A DNA stretch of 59,970 bases from Ignavibacteria bacterium (GCA_040380835.1 JBEIIK010000003.1:1-59970); one strand, 5' to 3'; positions 27,697-40,900 are shown, counted from the stretch's first letter. Numbers and translations: made by a program. Notes: generated from the letters alone by a model not told the origin.

Positions 27697-30224
27697 TGGA
27701 TAGGTGCGGGCGCATCGTCGCAATGCTGTTCGCCGTGACCACCGCAGCGGTCGCTCATGCCACAGCCCAGGATACAGCCCGCGTCAATGTGCCGCAGGAC
27801 CAGGAATCCACCGACACGGTGGTCGTTTTTACGGCTCGAGACAGCGCGCATCTGCGCGTCAAGGAACGCACGCTCACGCTGCGTGGCAGCGCCCGCGTGG
27901 ATATGCGCGAGCAGCGTCTGGAGTCGAGTCTGATCGTCATTGATTTCAACGCCGGTACCATGCGCGCCGAAGGGGCACGAGACTCGTCGGGAGCGATCAC
28001 GGGCTTTCCGATGTTTCGTGATGCCGGCACCGAGTATGCAGGTAAGAGCATGGTCTACAATTTCCAGACCCGCAAGGGGCGTGTCGAATTCGGCGAAACG
28101 GCCATCGATGGTGGCTACTATTACGGCAGTGCCATCAAGCGGGTTGACGAGACGACGGCCTTCATAGACGGGGGCTGCTACACAACATGCGATGCTCCCC
28201 ACCCGCATTTCTATTTCACCTCGCCGAAGATGAAGGTGGTTGCCAACGATAAGATCTTTCTCGATCCGCTGATCTGGTATGTCGATGACATCCCGGTGTT
28301 CGCGCTGCCACTCGGAATGTATTTCCCTATCGAGAGAGGACGCCGATCGGGTATCATCATCCCCTCGCCGGTTGTCACGGCTGACCGTGGTGTGGTGCTG
28401 CAGAACCTCGGTTACTACTTTGCGATCAGCGACATTGTTGATGCCGAGATAACAACGGACTTAACGACCAAGGGTGGGTTCACACTGTTCGGAAGGGGCC
28501 AGTATGTCGTGCAGGACCGCATGCGCGGAAACGCTGAGGTGCAGTTCGGATACACGCGGTTTTCTGTTACCCAACCCTACAACATGAACCTGGGGCTTCG
28601 TCTTTCCCACTCCCAGCAACTGCGTCCGGGCGAGAGTCTTGTTGCCGACGTCTTCTACGGCACGCAGCGCCTGCTGCAGAATACATCGCTCAATCCCAAC
28701 GACCGTGTGCGTCAGAACGCCCGCAGCAATGTCTCCTACCAGCGGACGTTCTACAATGGCATGACGTTCAATGCGGCGTATTCGAGTGATCAGAACCTGG
28801 TCAACGGCTCGGTCACACACAGCCCGAGCGTCAATTTCAGCATTCCCCAGTTGCAGCCATTCGCCGCAATCGCCCCCTCTGATTTCTGGCTTTCCGAAGT
28901 GCAGTTCTCCTACCGGGCTACGGGTCGCTACACGGCCAGCTCACTGCGCAGTTCCGACACCGGGTCGTTCACCGTCAATGAATCATCCGTGATCGAACAC
29001 CGTCCGTCGATGACGCTTACGCCGAAGCTTGGCTACCTGATCGTGGCCCCGTCCGTGAGCTACTCCGAGAACTGGTACTTCCAGCGCTTCACCCAGGGAG
29101 TGAGATCTTCCGACAGCACGCTGCAGACACGCCGTGAGGGAGGATTCTTCCGTGAATACACCTACGGACTCGGCGTCAATGTCTCAACGTTCCTGTATGG
29201 TCTGGCCTATCCCAGGATCTTCGGCATTCAGGCAATCCGGCACACGCTGCAGCCAAGCATCGGACTGACCTTTGTGCCCGACCAGTCCGACACGTCTCTT
29301 GGTTTTTTCGGTCAGTACACCAGCCCGGTCACGGGTCAGACGGTCTCGTATGCGCGGTTCGGTTCCGGTGGCGGACTGGCTTCCCGTCAGACTCAGATGC
29401 TTCTGACCGGCTCGTTTCTCAATCGTGTTGCCATCAAGACCATGGATGGTGATACCGCCGGCAAGCCATTGGAACTATTTACACTTACACTGAACGCTTC
29501 CTACAATCTGGCCGCCGATTCGCTGGGACTTTCACCCGTGTTTTTCAATTTTCGTACGCCGATGCTTGACGCTCTGGAGTTTAACCTGAGTGGAACCTTG
29601 AACGCCTATGATCAGGTCCTGGCGGCCGACCCGGCCACCGGACGTCAGGCGTGGCGTGACGTGAGCACCAGTGTTCTGGCTGCCGGCAAGGGACTTGCCC
29701 GGCTAACCAGTCTGAACCTACAGATGGGCTCGCGGTTTTCCTCGGACGGGGTCAGCCCCACACGGACCAGCGCTCAGGGGGCTGACAGTTCAGCCCCCTC
29801 GAATGATCTTCGATCTCGGTTTGACAGTCGACTCAATGCCGAACAGACACGATCAGACATCTACGGAGACATGTCGCCTGGCTGGTCGCCCCTTGCCATC
29901 CCCTGGGAGGTGTCGGGTCAGGTCGTCTACAGCTACTCACGTCCCAATCCCGACGCCGTTTCGCAGACGCTTAACGCCGTAATCCGTGGTTCATTCTCGC
30001 TCACGCCGACAACCCGTGTGGGCGTCTCCGGATCGGTCGATCTGCTTACGGGCCAGGTCCTGAACCCGATCGTCGATGTTTCCAAGCAGATACACTGCTG
30101 GTATCTGACACTGAACTGGGTGCCGTTGGGATTCAACCGTGGCTTCTTTCTGCGTTTTGGAGCCACGGCTCCGCAGCTCAGGGATCTTGTCATTCCGAAA
30201 CAATCAACGCCGCTGTATCGGTAG
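27696..30224 (+). CDS. LptD/OstA-like outer-membrane LPS-assembly protein (Bacteroidota type)
   Basis: 842 aa. Signal peptide, then an OstA-like N-terminal region (...LTLRGSARVDMREQRLESSLIVIDFNAGTMRAEG...GKSMVYNFQTRKGRVEFGET...), ...YFTSPKMKVVANDKIFLDPLIWYVDDIPVFALPLGMYFP..., and a long beta-barrel-like remainder. Confidence 0.75.
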   Translation: MDRCGRIVAMLFAVTTAAVAHATAQDTARVNVPQDQESTDTVVVFTARDSAHLRVKERTLTLRGSARVDMREQRLESSLIVIDFNAGTMRAEGARDSSGAITGFPMFRDAGTEYAGKSMVYNFQTRKGRVEFGETAIDGGYYYGSAIKRVDETTAFIDGGCYTTCDAPHPHFYFTSPKMKVVANDKIFLDPLIWYVDDIPVFALPLGMYFPIERGRRSGIIIPSPVVTADRGVVLQNLGYYFAISDIVDAEITTDLTTKGGFTLFGRGQYVVQDRMRGNAEVQFGYTRFSVTQPYNMNLGLRLSHSQQLRPGESLVADVFYGTQRLLQNTSLNPNDRVRQNARSNVSYQRTFYNGMTFNAAYSSDQNLVNGSVTHSPSVNFSIPQLQPFAAIAPSDFWLSEVQFSYRATGRYTASSLRSSDTGSFTVNESSVIEHRPSMTLTPKLGYLIVAPSVSYSENWYFQRFTQGVRSSDSTLQTRREGGFFREYTYGLGVNVSTFLYGLAYPRIFGIQAIRHTLQPSIGLTFVPDQSDTSLGFFGQYTSPVTGQTVSYARFGSGGGLASRQTQMLLTGSFLNRVAIKTMDGDTAGKPLELFTLTLNASYNLAADSLGLSPVFFNFRTPMLDALEFNLSGTLNAYDQVLAADPATGRQAWRDVSTSVLAAGKGLARLTSLNLQMGSRFSSDGVSPTRTSAQGADSSAPSNDLRSRFDSRLNAEQTRSDIYGDMSPGWSPLAIPWEVSGQVVYSYSRPNPDAVSQTLNAVIRGSFSLTPTTRVGVSGSVDLLTGQVLNPIVDVSKQIHCWYLTLNWVPLGFNRGFFLRFGATAPQLRDLVIPKQSTPLYR
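29776..29799. repeat. Perfect 10-bp inverted repeat built from two copies of the abundant word (AGGGGGCTGA-CAGT-TCAGCCCCCT) inside the LptD-like CDS
   Basis: Read directly at 29776-29785 and 29790-29799, with a 4-nt loop. It encodes ...AQGADSSAPSN.... Confidence 0.9.
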
Positions 30225-30245
30225 CCGACTCCGTAACTTGCAGCC

Positions 30246-32074
<1,829 letters not shown>

Positions 32075-32078
<4 letters not shown>

Positions 32079-33082
32079 CCCCAATGTCAGTCGCTGCCGA
32101 GACGGCCGAATCGATCATCATGGGCCTGCATTCGGGCTCTCGCAGGGCTCTTTCGAGAAGTCTGTCGCTTATTGAGAGCACGCTTGAAGCTGACCGCGAC
32201 GTTGCCTTTGCGGTCCTTGAGCGCTGTGCCTCGGCGTCGTCCATGACCTGGCGCATTGGATGCACCGGACCACCAGGTGTGGGCAAGAGCACGTTCATCG
32301 AGCAGCTCGGTATGCAACTAACCGATATCGGGCGCCGCGTTGCCGTTCTGGCCGTTGATCCCAGCAGCCGTCGCACCGGAGGAAGCATCCTTGGAGACAA
32401 GGTTCGGATGCCTCGGCTGTCGCAGCGTCCGCAGGCCTACATCCGACCCACGCCTTCCAAAGCTGTGCTGGGTGGTGCAGCGCCGAGCACGCGCGATGCC
32501 GTCCTGCTGTGCGAGGAGGCCGGCTTTGACACGATCATCATCGAAACAGTCGGCGTTGGCCAGAGCGAGGTCGAGGTGGCGGGTATGGTCGATATGTTTC
32601 TGCTACTTGCTCTGCCCAATAGTGGCGATGATGTTCAGGGAATCAAACGCGGGATCATGGAATCGGCACACACGATCATCGTAACCAAGGCCGACATTGA
32701 TCAAGCCGCGGCACATCGGGCTGTTGCAACTCTTACGGGTGCACTTCGTTATATGCACGCACCGCTTGACGACTGGACGACTGCCGTCGTGCCGGCAAGC
32801 AGTCTCTCGTCAGAAGGATTTGACGTTGTCATCAGCAGCATATCTGAGTTCTTTGCCCCCTCCCGTCGGCAGAGCATCGAGACACACCGACAGCTGCAGC
32901 GCGGCGAGTGGTTTGACAGCGTACTGACCGCAGAGCTGCTGCATCGACTGCTTTCCCAGCCCGCTATCCGCAGTGCCGGCGACCTCGCCCGTGAACAATG
33001 TATCCGCGGTCAAGTAGCACCAAGTCTGTCCGTTCATCGTCTGCTGGGCAGAATTCAGCTGACTATCACGGAGGACGCATGA
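32075..33082 (+). CDS. meaB: MeaB/ArgK-family G3E GTPase (methylmalonyl-CoA-mutase-associated type)
   Basis: 335 aa. GCTGPPGVGKSTFIE (P-loop), AVDPSSRRTGGSILGDKVRM, IIETVGVGQSE. The GTG start overlaps the glmS stop (GTGA); ATG 32084 is an alternative. Confidence 0.85.
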
Positions 33083-34284
33083 ATCACTTCCTTGCCGATA
33101 TGCAGGATGCCGTAGCCAAGAGTCAGGCCCATGCATGGGTCCTGTTTGACATGCGGCGCTCCAATGATCTTGCCTGGGATGTGCTGCAGGTCAGTCCGGA
33201 GGCGCATTGCACACGGCGCTGGATGGTGATCATCCCTGCGCACGGCCGTCCGGTGAAGATCACGCATCGCATGGAGCAGGATCCGCTCTCGCACCTGTCC
33301 GTTGATGCAGTTGTCTATGACACACGCGAATCCTGGGAGCGCGTGGTCCGTGAGCAGCTCGCCAGCTTCAAGACAGTGGCCATGGAGTACTCTCCGATGG
33401 GTCAATTGCCGGTGATCAGTCGCGTTGATGCCGGCACTGTTGAGCTGATCCGGTCGTTCGGCGTGGACGTCGTGAGTTCGGCAGACATGTTGCAGCAGTT
33501 CACTGCGGTGCTGACGCAAGACCAGATCGCCGGAGCATGTTTAGCGGCAGGACAGTTGCGCGAGACCGTGATGGATGCCTTCGCCTTCATTCGTCAAGCC
33601 GTCAGACATCACGGTCGTGTTTCCGAGTACGACGTTCAGTCGTTCATCATGTCGGAGTTTTCCCGCAAGGGGCTGACGACAGATTCGGCTCCGATCGTGG
33701 CCATTGGTCCGAATGCGGCATCACCTCACTATGCCCCATCAGGTCTCCGCTCAAGTGATATCGAGTCCGACATCGTGGTTCTGATCGATGCATGGTGCCG
33801 GCACGATTCGGCCGGGTCTGTTTTTGCCGACATCACCTGGGTAGGCTACACTTCCGAAGTTGTTCCGGAAGATGTAGAGTCCGCCTTTGCCATCATTCGT
33901 AGGGGGCGCGATGCCGCCTTGGACCTGGTTCGTGAGCGTTTTCGCACCGGGCAGCCCCTTGCCGGATATGAGGTCGACCGTGCCTGCCGATCAGTGATCG
34001 AAGAGGCCGCAATGGGCCATGCCTTTATTCACCGCACTGGCCATAACATCACCACCGAGGTGCATGGTCCCGGGGCAAATATGGATGACTTTGAAACCCA
34101 CGATACGCGGCGAATTCTACCCGGGACATCTTTTTCAATTGAACCGGGCATCTACATTCCTGACCTTCTTGGTCTTCGTACAGAGATCGACGTGATCATT
34201 ACGCCCGAGGGCCAGGTCCTGGTTCCGAGCGAACCCATTCAGCAGTCCATCGTTGCGATCATGAATCAGGACGCTGCGGCATGA
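33079..34284 (+). CDS. M24-family Xaa-Pro aminopeptidase/dipeptidase
   Basis: The ORF track gives 32998-34284. I prefer ATG 33079 (MNHFLADMQ...), preceded by GGAGG and overlapping the meaB stop (ATGA). Motifs: ...DAWCRHD...ADITWVGY..., HRTGHNIT, SIEPGIY. Confidence 0.85.
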   Translation: MNHFLADMQDAVAKSQAHAWVLFDMRRSNDLAWDVLQVSPEAHCTRRWMVIIPAHGRPVKITHRMEQDPLSHLSVDAVVYDTRESWERVVREQLASFKTVAMEYSPMGQLPVISRVDAGTVELIRSFGVDVVSSADMLQQFTAVLTQDQIAGACLAAGQLRETVMDAFAFIRQAVRHHGRVSEYDVQSFIMSEFSRKGLTTDSAPIVAIGPNAASPHYAPSGLRSSDIESDIVVLIDAWCRHDSAGSVFADITWVGYTSEVVPEDVESAFAIIRRGRDAALDLVRERFRTGQPLAGYEVDRACRSVIEEAAMGHAFIHRTGHNITTEVHGPGANMDDFETHDTRRILPGTSFSIEPGIYIPDLLGLRTEIDVIITPEGQVLVPSEPIQQSIVAIMNQDAAA

Positions 34285-36104
34285 GGAGATCATGGATGAA
34301 CCTTCTGCATTCCGTAGTTGTCGTCATGACGATGCTCGCGCAGGGCGGCCTTGCGCTGGGTGCATCGGTATTTGCGGATGAATCCGAGAAGTATCGTATT
34401 GCACAGGCGTATGAGCGCACGGGTGACCTTCGCAATGCTGCCCGGCTCTACCAGGAGCTGTATGCCGCGGAAAGCACCAACGACAGCTATTTCGGTGGAG
34501 TCGTCAGGGCGCTCTCGGGTCTCGGACAGTTTGCTGCCCTGCTCCCAATCGTCGAAAAGCATGCTGAACGAACAGCTTCAGCGAATGATGCTCTGCTAGC
34601 CGGTACACTGCATGCCCGTCAGAACAATCTGACCAAGGCGCGATCTTACTGGGAACAGGCGCGCTCGCTATCGAAAGATGATGAGTCGGTTCTTGTTCAG
34701 CTAGGGCGCGATCAGATGGATCTGTTTCTGCATGCAGACGCATTGGAAACCTTTCTTGCGGCGCGCACCGTTAACGGCTCGCCCACGGCCTACTCGGATG
34801 AGATATTCAAACTACGTTCGGCATCGGGAGATCTATCAGGTGCCGTTGCCGATGTGCTAGCCGCCTTTGCCATCGATGCCGATGCCGTAGCGGCAGAGCG
34901 GCGTCTGAGTTCGCTCATGTCGCATGAGAACGGTGCGACGATCATTGCCGAAGCGCTTGCAGAACTTCCACGCAGCGATGTCCGGAATCTACGTTTGACG
35001 GCCTGGTTCTTTCGGGAGACCAGACGCTGGAGTGACGCCTACGAGATCATTGCCTTGCTGGATTCACGCAGTTCAATGCCTGGTAATGAACTGTTGATAT
35101 TTGCCGAGGGGGCCAGAGCTTCGGATCAGTACGACGTGGCACTGAAAGCCTATGAGGAGGTGGCACGTCGGGCAAAAGATGCAAACCTTGTCATGACGGC
35201 GGCATTCGGCTCCGTGCGCACACTCGAGCTCCGACTGCGAGTCTCAAGTGCGGTAACCGGCGATGAGGCACGTGAGATCCTGCGCCGCTATGACGATATC
35301 ATCGCGCGCTATGGTAGCAATCCTCTGGTAGCCGATGCGCTGTACTTCAGTGCCTTGCTTCATGACGAGGTGCTGCGGGAGATGGATCTGGCCCGTGAGC
35401 GGCTGACACGCCTGGTTAATACCTGGCGATCGCTCTCGCGCGCCATTGATGGTGCCCTGAAGCTAGCCGACATCTACCTTGCCATGGGGCAGGATGAACG
35501 GGCGCTTGAGCTTCTCGGCACCGTTGTAAATGGTCCGGTCGGACTCGTTGGGGACCGTGCCGATATGGCGCGGCTACGGCGCGCTGACATTCTGCTCTGG
35601 AACGGCGAGCTCGACTCTGCCAGGACTCTCTATCAGCCCCTTGCCGAGACAAGCGGCTCCATCGCTTCCAACGATGCCCTTGATCGGATGATGCTGCTTA
35701 ATCTGGCGCTTGATGATTCCGCCGCAGTACGTGCCATAGCCCGTGCTGATGGATTCATCGTCCGCCGCCGGCATGCCGAGGCAATCAGGGAACTCGACTC
35801 GATCATTCCGAAGATCAGAGACAATGACTTGCGCGACCGCTCGCTGCTGCTGTGTGCGCGCAGCTGTCTGTTCATCGGCGATAGTGTCCGTGCTGGCGCG
35901 CTTCTTAAAAGGATCATCGACGGTAGTCAGGAGTCGATTTATGGCGACCGGGCCATGTGGCTTTATGCCGATATTGTTTCGAGTCAGAAAGACTCACAGC
36001 GCGCCGTGCAAGTTCTTGAGGCTCTTCTGCGCAGTTATCCACGTTCCATCATTGTTCCCGATGCTCGAGAACGGATCCGTCGTCTGCGGGGCGATGGCCG
36101 CTAG
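34281..36104 (+). CDS. Secreted TPR-like helical-repeat protein
   Basis: 607 aa. Signal peptide MRRSWMNLLHSVVVVMTMLAQGGLALGA. Ala/Leu-rich helical repeats (AQAYERTGDLRNAARLYQELY, ALKAYEEVARRAKD, ...). The ATG overlaps the upstream stop (ATGA). Confidence 0.65.
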   Translation: MRRSWMNLLHSVVVVMTMLAQGGLALGASVFADESEKYRIAQAYERTGDLRNAARLYQELYAAESTNDSYFGGVVRALSGLGQFAALLPIVEKHAERTASANDALLAGTLHARQNNLTKARSYWEQARSLSKDDESVLVQLGRDQMDLFLHADALETFLAARTVNGSPTAYSDEIFKLRSASGDLSGAVADVLAAFAIDADAVAAERRLSSLMSHENGATIIAEALAELPRSDVRNLRLTAWFFRETRRWSDAYEIIALLDSRSSMPGNELLIFAEGARASDQYDVALKAYEEVARRAKDANLVMTAAFGSVRTLELRLRVSSAVTGDEAREILRRYDDIIARYGSNPLVADALYFSALLHDEVLREMDLARERLTRLVNTWRSLSRAIDGALKLADIYLAMGQDERALELLGTVVNGPVGLVGDRADMARLRRADILLWNGELDSARTLYQPLAETSGSIASNDALDRMMLLNLALDDSAAVRAIARADGFIVRRRHAEAIRELDSIIPKIRDNDLRDRSLLLCARSCLFIGDSVRAGALLKRIIDGSQESIYGDRAMWLYADIVSSQKDSQRAVQVLEALLRSYPRSIIVPDARERIRRLRGDGR

Positions 36105-36134
36105 GGTGGGAGCTCAATCGAGAAAGACCTGCTA

Positions 36135-37847
36135 ATGGAATTGACCACGTTCTCACAACTTCCCTACCGGCGTCCGGATATCGGCGCTCTGTCACAGAGT
36201 GATCAGACTCTGATCACTCGCATTCAGGGGGCTGACAGCGCCGCGGAGATCATTGCCTGCGTCGAGCAGTGGAACCAATCGCGGATTGACACCTACACCA
36301 TGGCATCGATCGCCGAGGTGAAGTTTACTCAGAATGTTGCTGATGCCCAGTCGAAGGCAGAAAAGCTGTTCTTTGACGAGAATGGTCCGTCGCTGACCGA
36401 GCTTGATATCAGCGTTGCACGCGCGCTGCTGGCCTCAGCGCGCAGTCAGGACATTGCTGACCATTTCGGAGAGCTCTTTCTGACTCGGCTCAGGAACTGG
36501 ACCCTGACCTTTGAACCGTCGATCAAAGATATCCTCGTGCACGAGGCCGAGCTTTGCACCCGTTATAACGAGATCACTGCCTCGGCCAAGATCGAGGTTG
36601 ACGGACAGACGTATAACCTCTCGACCATCGGACGGCTTGTCATCGACCCGGACTCGGGAATCAGGCACCGTGCGCACCTTGCGATGGGAAACTTCCTGCT
36701 TGAGCATGCCGAAGAACTCGATTCAATCTTTGACCAACTCGTAAAGCTGCGAGCCGAGAAAGCCGAAAAGCTTGGCTACTCTTCATACACTGATTTCAGG
36801 TACGTTGAGTTCGGCCGTGTTGACTACACTGCTGACGATGTCGAGAAGTTCCGCGCTCAGGTTCGCGAGCACGTCGTACCACTTGCTGCCCGTCTGCGTC
36901 AGGCCCAGGGTAAGCGACTCGGCATCGAGCGTATGACCACCGCCGACGAGAAGCTACAGTTCATTGACGGCAACCCGGTGGCATCGGGCGATCACGACTG
37001 GATCGTCGAACGTGCCGAGAAGATGTACTCCGAGCTTTCGCCCGAGACCAACGAATTCTTCCGCCTGATGCTCGATGCCGAGTTAATGGACCTGAAGAGT
37101 CGCGACGACAAGGCCACCGGTGGGTACTGCACGAGTTTCAGTGCCTATGGCCTGCCGTTCATCTTCGCCAACTTCAATCGCACGACGCATGACATTGAAG
37201 TGCTGACGCACGAGGCCGGTCATGCCTTCCAGGCTTACCGCAGCCGTAATCTCGGCGTGCCCGAATACTTCAGGCCTACCGCCGAAGCATGTGAGATCCA
37301 TTCCATGGGCATGGAGTTTCTGACCTGGCCTTGGATGAAACTCTTTTTTGAAGATCAGACTGAGAAGTTCAAGTTCTATCACCTTCAAGGGGCGCTGCTG
37401 TTCCTGCCCTACGGATGCGCAGTGGACCACTTCCAGCACTGGATCTATGCCAACCCGCAGGCCACGCCGGCCGAGCGAAACGCGCACTGGAAAGAGATGG
37501 AGCGGATTTACATGCCGTGGCGCAACTCTGAAGGATTCCCGGCAGCCGAGCAGGGTCGGATGTGGCAGTTCCAGCGGCACATCTATGAAAGTCCCTTTTA
37601 CTACATCGACTATGCTCTGGCCCAGACCTGTGCGCTGCAGTACTGGAAGTGGTCGGAGGCCGATCGTGACTCAGCCTTTGCCTCGTACTTGTCGATCTGC
37701 GACATCGGCGGTTCAAAGCCATTCCTGGGAATAGTCGATCATGGTCGTCTGACCTCCCCGTTCCGCGAAGGGTGCCTGCAGGACATTGTAACCTATGCCT
37801 ATGGTGTTCTCCAGCAGCGCCACCCCGATTTCATGCTTGGATACTAA
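36135..37847 (+). CDS. M3-family oligoendopeptidase (PepF-like)
   Basis: 570 aa. Zinc motif HEAGHAF with a downstream E (...EACEIHSMGMEF...). The overall length fits M3B oligoendopeptidase F-like enzymes. Confidence 0.85.
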   Translation: MELTTFSQLPYRRPDIGALSQSDQTLITRIQGADSAAEIIACVEQWNQSRIDTYTMASIAEVKFTQNVADAQSKAEKLFFDENGPSLTELDISVARALLASARSQDIADHFGELFLTRLRNWTLTFEPSIKDILVHEAELCTRYNEITASAKIEVDGQTYNLSTIGRLVIDPDSGIRHRAHLAMGNFLLEHAEELDSIFDQLVKLRAEKAEKLGYSSYTDFRYVEFGRVDYTADDVEKFRAQVREHVVPLAARLRQAQGKRLGIERMTTADEKLQFIDGNPVASGDHDWIVERAEKMYSELSPETNEFFRLMLDAELMDLKSRDDKATGGYCTSFSAYGLPFIFANFNRTTHDIEVLTHEAGHAFQAYRSRNLGVPEYFRPTAEACEIHSMGMEFLTWPWMKLFFEDQTEKFKFYHLQGALLFLPYGCAVDHFQHWIYANPQATPAERNAHWKEMERIYMPWRNSEGFPAAEQGRMWQFQRHIYESPFYYIDYALAQTCALQYWKWSEADRDSAFASYLSICDIGGSKPFLGIVDHGRLTSPFREGCLQDIVTYAYGVLQQRHPDFMLGY

Positions 37848-37867
37848 TTCATAAAAAGCTCCCCATG

Positions 37868-37912
37868 AGCCCCCTGAAATGCCTCTTTGGGTATGTCAGG
37901 GGGCTTTTTTTT
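37868..37912 (+). terminator. Rho-independent terminator after the M3 peptidase gene, formed by an inverted pair of the abundant word
   Basis: AGCCCCCTGA (37868-37877), an 18-nt loop, then TCAGGGGGCT (37896-37905), followed by a T8 run to 37912. Perfect 10-bp GC-rich stem. Confidence 0.8.
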
Positions 37913-37914
37913 GA

Positions 37915-37922
37915 TAGATTTG
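37915..37922 (+). promoter_or_regulatory. Candidate -7 promoter box (TAnnTTTG) for the first giant surface-protein gene
   Basis: TAGATTTG lies 52 nt upstream of ATG 37974, immediately after the terminator. Motif match only; a TTGCTG-N17-TAGTCT sigma70-like reading is also possible. Confidence 0.25.
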
Positions 37923-37973
37923 CTGCGATTGCATTCGGCAAATAGTCTCCATTCACATCATGCGGTCTCGCAT

Positions 37974-40900
37974 ATGAACAACATCCAACGCTTTTTTGCT
38001 TCCGTGTTCTGCTGCCTTGTGCTGGCCTCGACGGTCGTGCTCGGCCAGTCTCAGCCACTGACCACCTGGTCGCTAAGCAGTGGTAATTACACGTTCACTG
38101 ACTGGTTAAGTACCAACCCTGCCGGTTCGTATCCCACGGCCATGATGTTTCACACGGTCGCAGAAATCGATCTGCCATCGGATGCGCCGGTCGTTGGTGA
38201 CTTCAACTGCGCCTACAACCTTGCCAGCGGTGCACGCATATCCGGTCTCGGCACGGGCGGGCTTTCGTTCATCAATACCGGATCGACGCTCTGCAACTGT
38301 CAGTTTGTAGGTGCTGCGGTTCTGGCACTGAACACAGTGGGCCGCGCACAGATCGGTGTTACGTGGACGTCCTCGGTCAATAGCGCAGGAACGCGTCCGT
38401 ACGCGTTGCGCTTGCAGTATCGCCTCAGCACAGTCGGGCCGTGGATCAACGTGTTCAACAATAACGTCCCTGTTGAATATGTTGCGCCCTTGAATGCCTC
38501 AGGTCTCGCCACGCAGCGTATCGTCACAACGACGCTCCCAACGGTCTGTGAAAACCAGCCTACACTCCAGCTGCGCTGGGTGTACTATCAGGCTCCTGTT
38601 CTCTCGTCCGGTAGCCGCCCAGGCATCACGTTCGATGACCTGACAGTCTCATCCCAGTCGCTCATCGGAACGGCAACAAATCTTGCCATTGAGAACATCG
38701 TCCCCGCGGTGCCCTCGCAAAACACGCCGTTCAGCCTGCGCATTCGTGCTGTTGATGCTCTTGGTGCCGCTAAGAATGTCACGACGTCAACCACCGTACA
38801 ATTGCAGGTGAATGCCGGTACTGGATTCCTTTCGGGAACGACCATCGCCACGATCCCTGCCGGTACAAGCTTCGTTGACCTGACAAGCATAAGCTACAGT
38901 GCTGCTGAGTTGGGTGTTCAGTTCCGAGCCATATCGATTTCGGGTCAGGTCCTCACCCAGGGCCTCTCACCTGTGCTGACCGTCAACGGTCCACCGTCAT
39001 ACGCTCTAGTAACCGGGGCTCAGACCACCGGATACGTCAATGTTCCGTTCAACCCGCTTACCGTTACGATTTTTCGGGCTGACAACACCGTCGATCAGAA
39101 TTATGTTTCAAACGTTACGATCAGCCGGATCTCCGGGCCGGGAGTCCTTTCTGGTACAACCACGGTTCAGGCTTCGGCCGGCGTGGCAGTATTCAGCGGC
39201 GTCTCTGTAACGGCTCCAGGAACATATCAACTCTCGATTTCAGCCCCGGGTGTTCCAGCGATCACCCTGCCGTTTGCCACGGCAGCGACAACCCCGAACA
39301 TGATCACCGACATTGTGCCGCAGTTTATCCATGCACGGGTTGCATCGGGCACGTGTAACTCCTCTGTCTCGGCGTTCCCGATCCCGGTATATGCCCGAGT
39401 CACGTTCACGAATCTGACACCAAACTCGGTGTATCGCTACAACACCGGCCTTGCTCTGGACAACGTGCTGACATCCACGGGTGGCGGATTTAACGTTCAC
39501 TACAACGGCAACGACAACAGCTATGTCTATGCTGCCGGCAAGTCACTGAATACTCCAGGCGAGTTCTCAACGTTCTCTACCCTTCCTGGCCAGACATCAA
39601 AGACGATCTGGATCAATCTTGTAACATCAACCAACGCTGCGTTCCAGGAACAGGGCACGATTTTCTGGCGTGTTTCTCTTGGCGATAACGATGGCAACCT
39701 CATCAACCGTTACCAGCTTGCCCAGACATCAGTGCCGCTTCGGCTTGGAAACCTGCCGACGCAAGCAACAGGTATCGCTGATGACAACTCGCAGCTGACG
39801 GAGAGGAACTTTGTGCTGTTTTATGACAACGCAGCAGGTACAGGCCGTCCGCTGACGGTCGCACTTGTTCAGCGTCAGAACACCACAGTTGCCGGTGCCG
39901 AGACGTTTTACGCCACGCGCCAGTCGATGGCTTCATCATGGGCTACATTCATCCCGAATACTCTTCCTACCGGAGTTCGCCGTATTGAAGAGCGTGATGC
40001 CATCTCAGGTAACATCGTCAACGCGATCACTTCGGTTGATGGTCGCTGGAACAACATCCAGACCAACCCGTCTGACTTGGTTGCCTATCCGAGCGGCCCG
40101 GGTGGATTCTTGGCGCCGATCATCATGCAAACACCCCGGATCACTGTTTCAGCACCGGTCTTTGGCGACACACTTTGCGCGGGCACCACTGCCGTAGCAC
40201 GCTTTGTCGCTCGCGGCATGGCTAACGTTGACATTCAGTTCTCGTCAAACAACGGTGCATCCTGGCAGTCCATGGGCGTTGTGCCTGCAACATCGACGGC
40301 GGTCAACTGGACCGTGCCGGACATCGAGTTTGCGGGACAGTGTCTAGTGCGTGTCGTTGGAGTTGACCGTCCGGAGATCACCGCGACGTCACAGATGTTT
40401 GCCGTCGCATCGGCCATTCGTGTTGTGTCACAGCCTGAGTCGCGTAACCTTTGTGTCGGTGATCGCCTGTCGCTGGTTGCCGTTACAGCTGGTGCCGTGC
40501 GTAATTATCAGTGGTTCAAGAACGGTGTTGCGATCGAAGGAGCAACAAGTGCATTGTATGCTCTCGATCGTGCGCAGTTCAGCACGGCTGGCGTCTATCG
40601 TTGCGAACTGTGGGGATTCGGTCAGTGCGGCAGCAGCCGTACCAACGACATCCACATTCGTGTTGCCCGCCCGACGTCTATCGTCAACCAGACGCGCAAT
40701 GCGCCTGTGAAGATCGGTGGAACGGCGTTCCTGAGCGTCGAAGCTGAAATCCCGAACGAGGCTATTTCGTATCAGTGGTACAAGGGTCAGACAGCTCTGG
40801 TTGATAACGGCCGCATCGTTGGTACTGCATCAAACCGTCTTGAGATCCGCAACATCGGCAATAACGATCTTGGAACCGATTACTACTGTGTTGTGACTGG

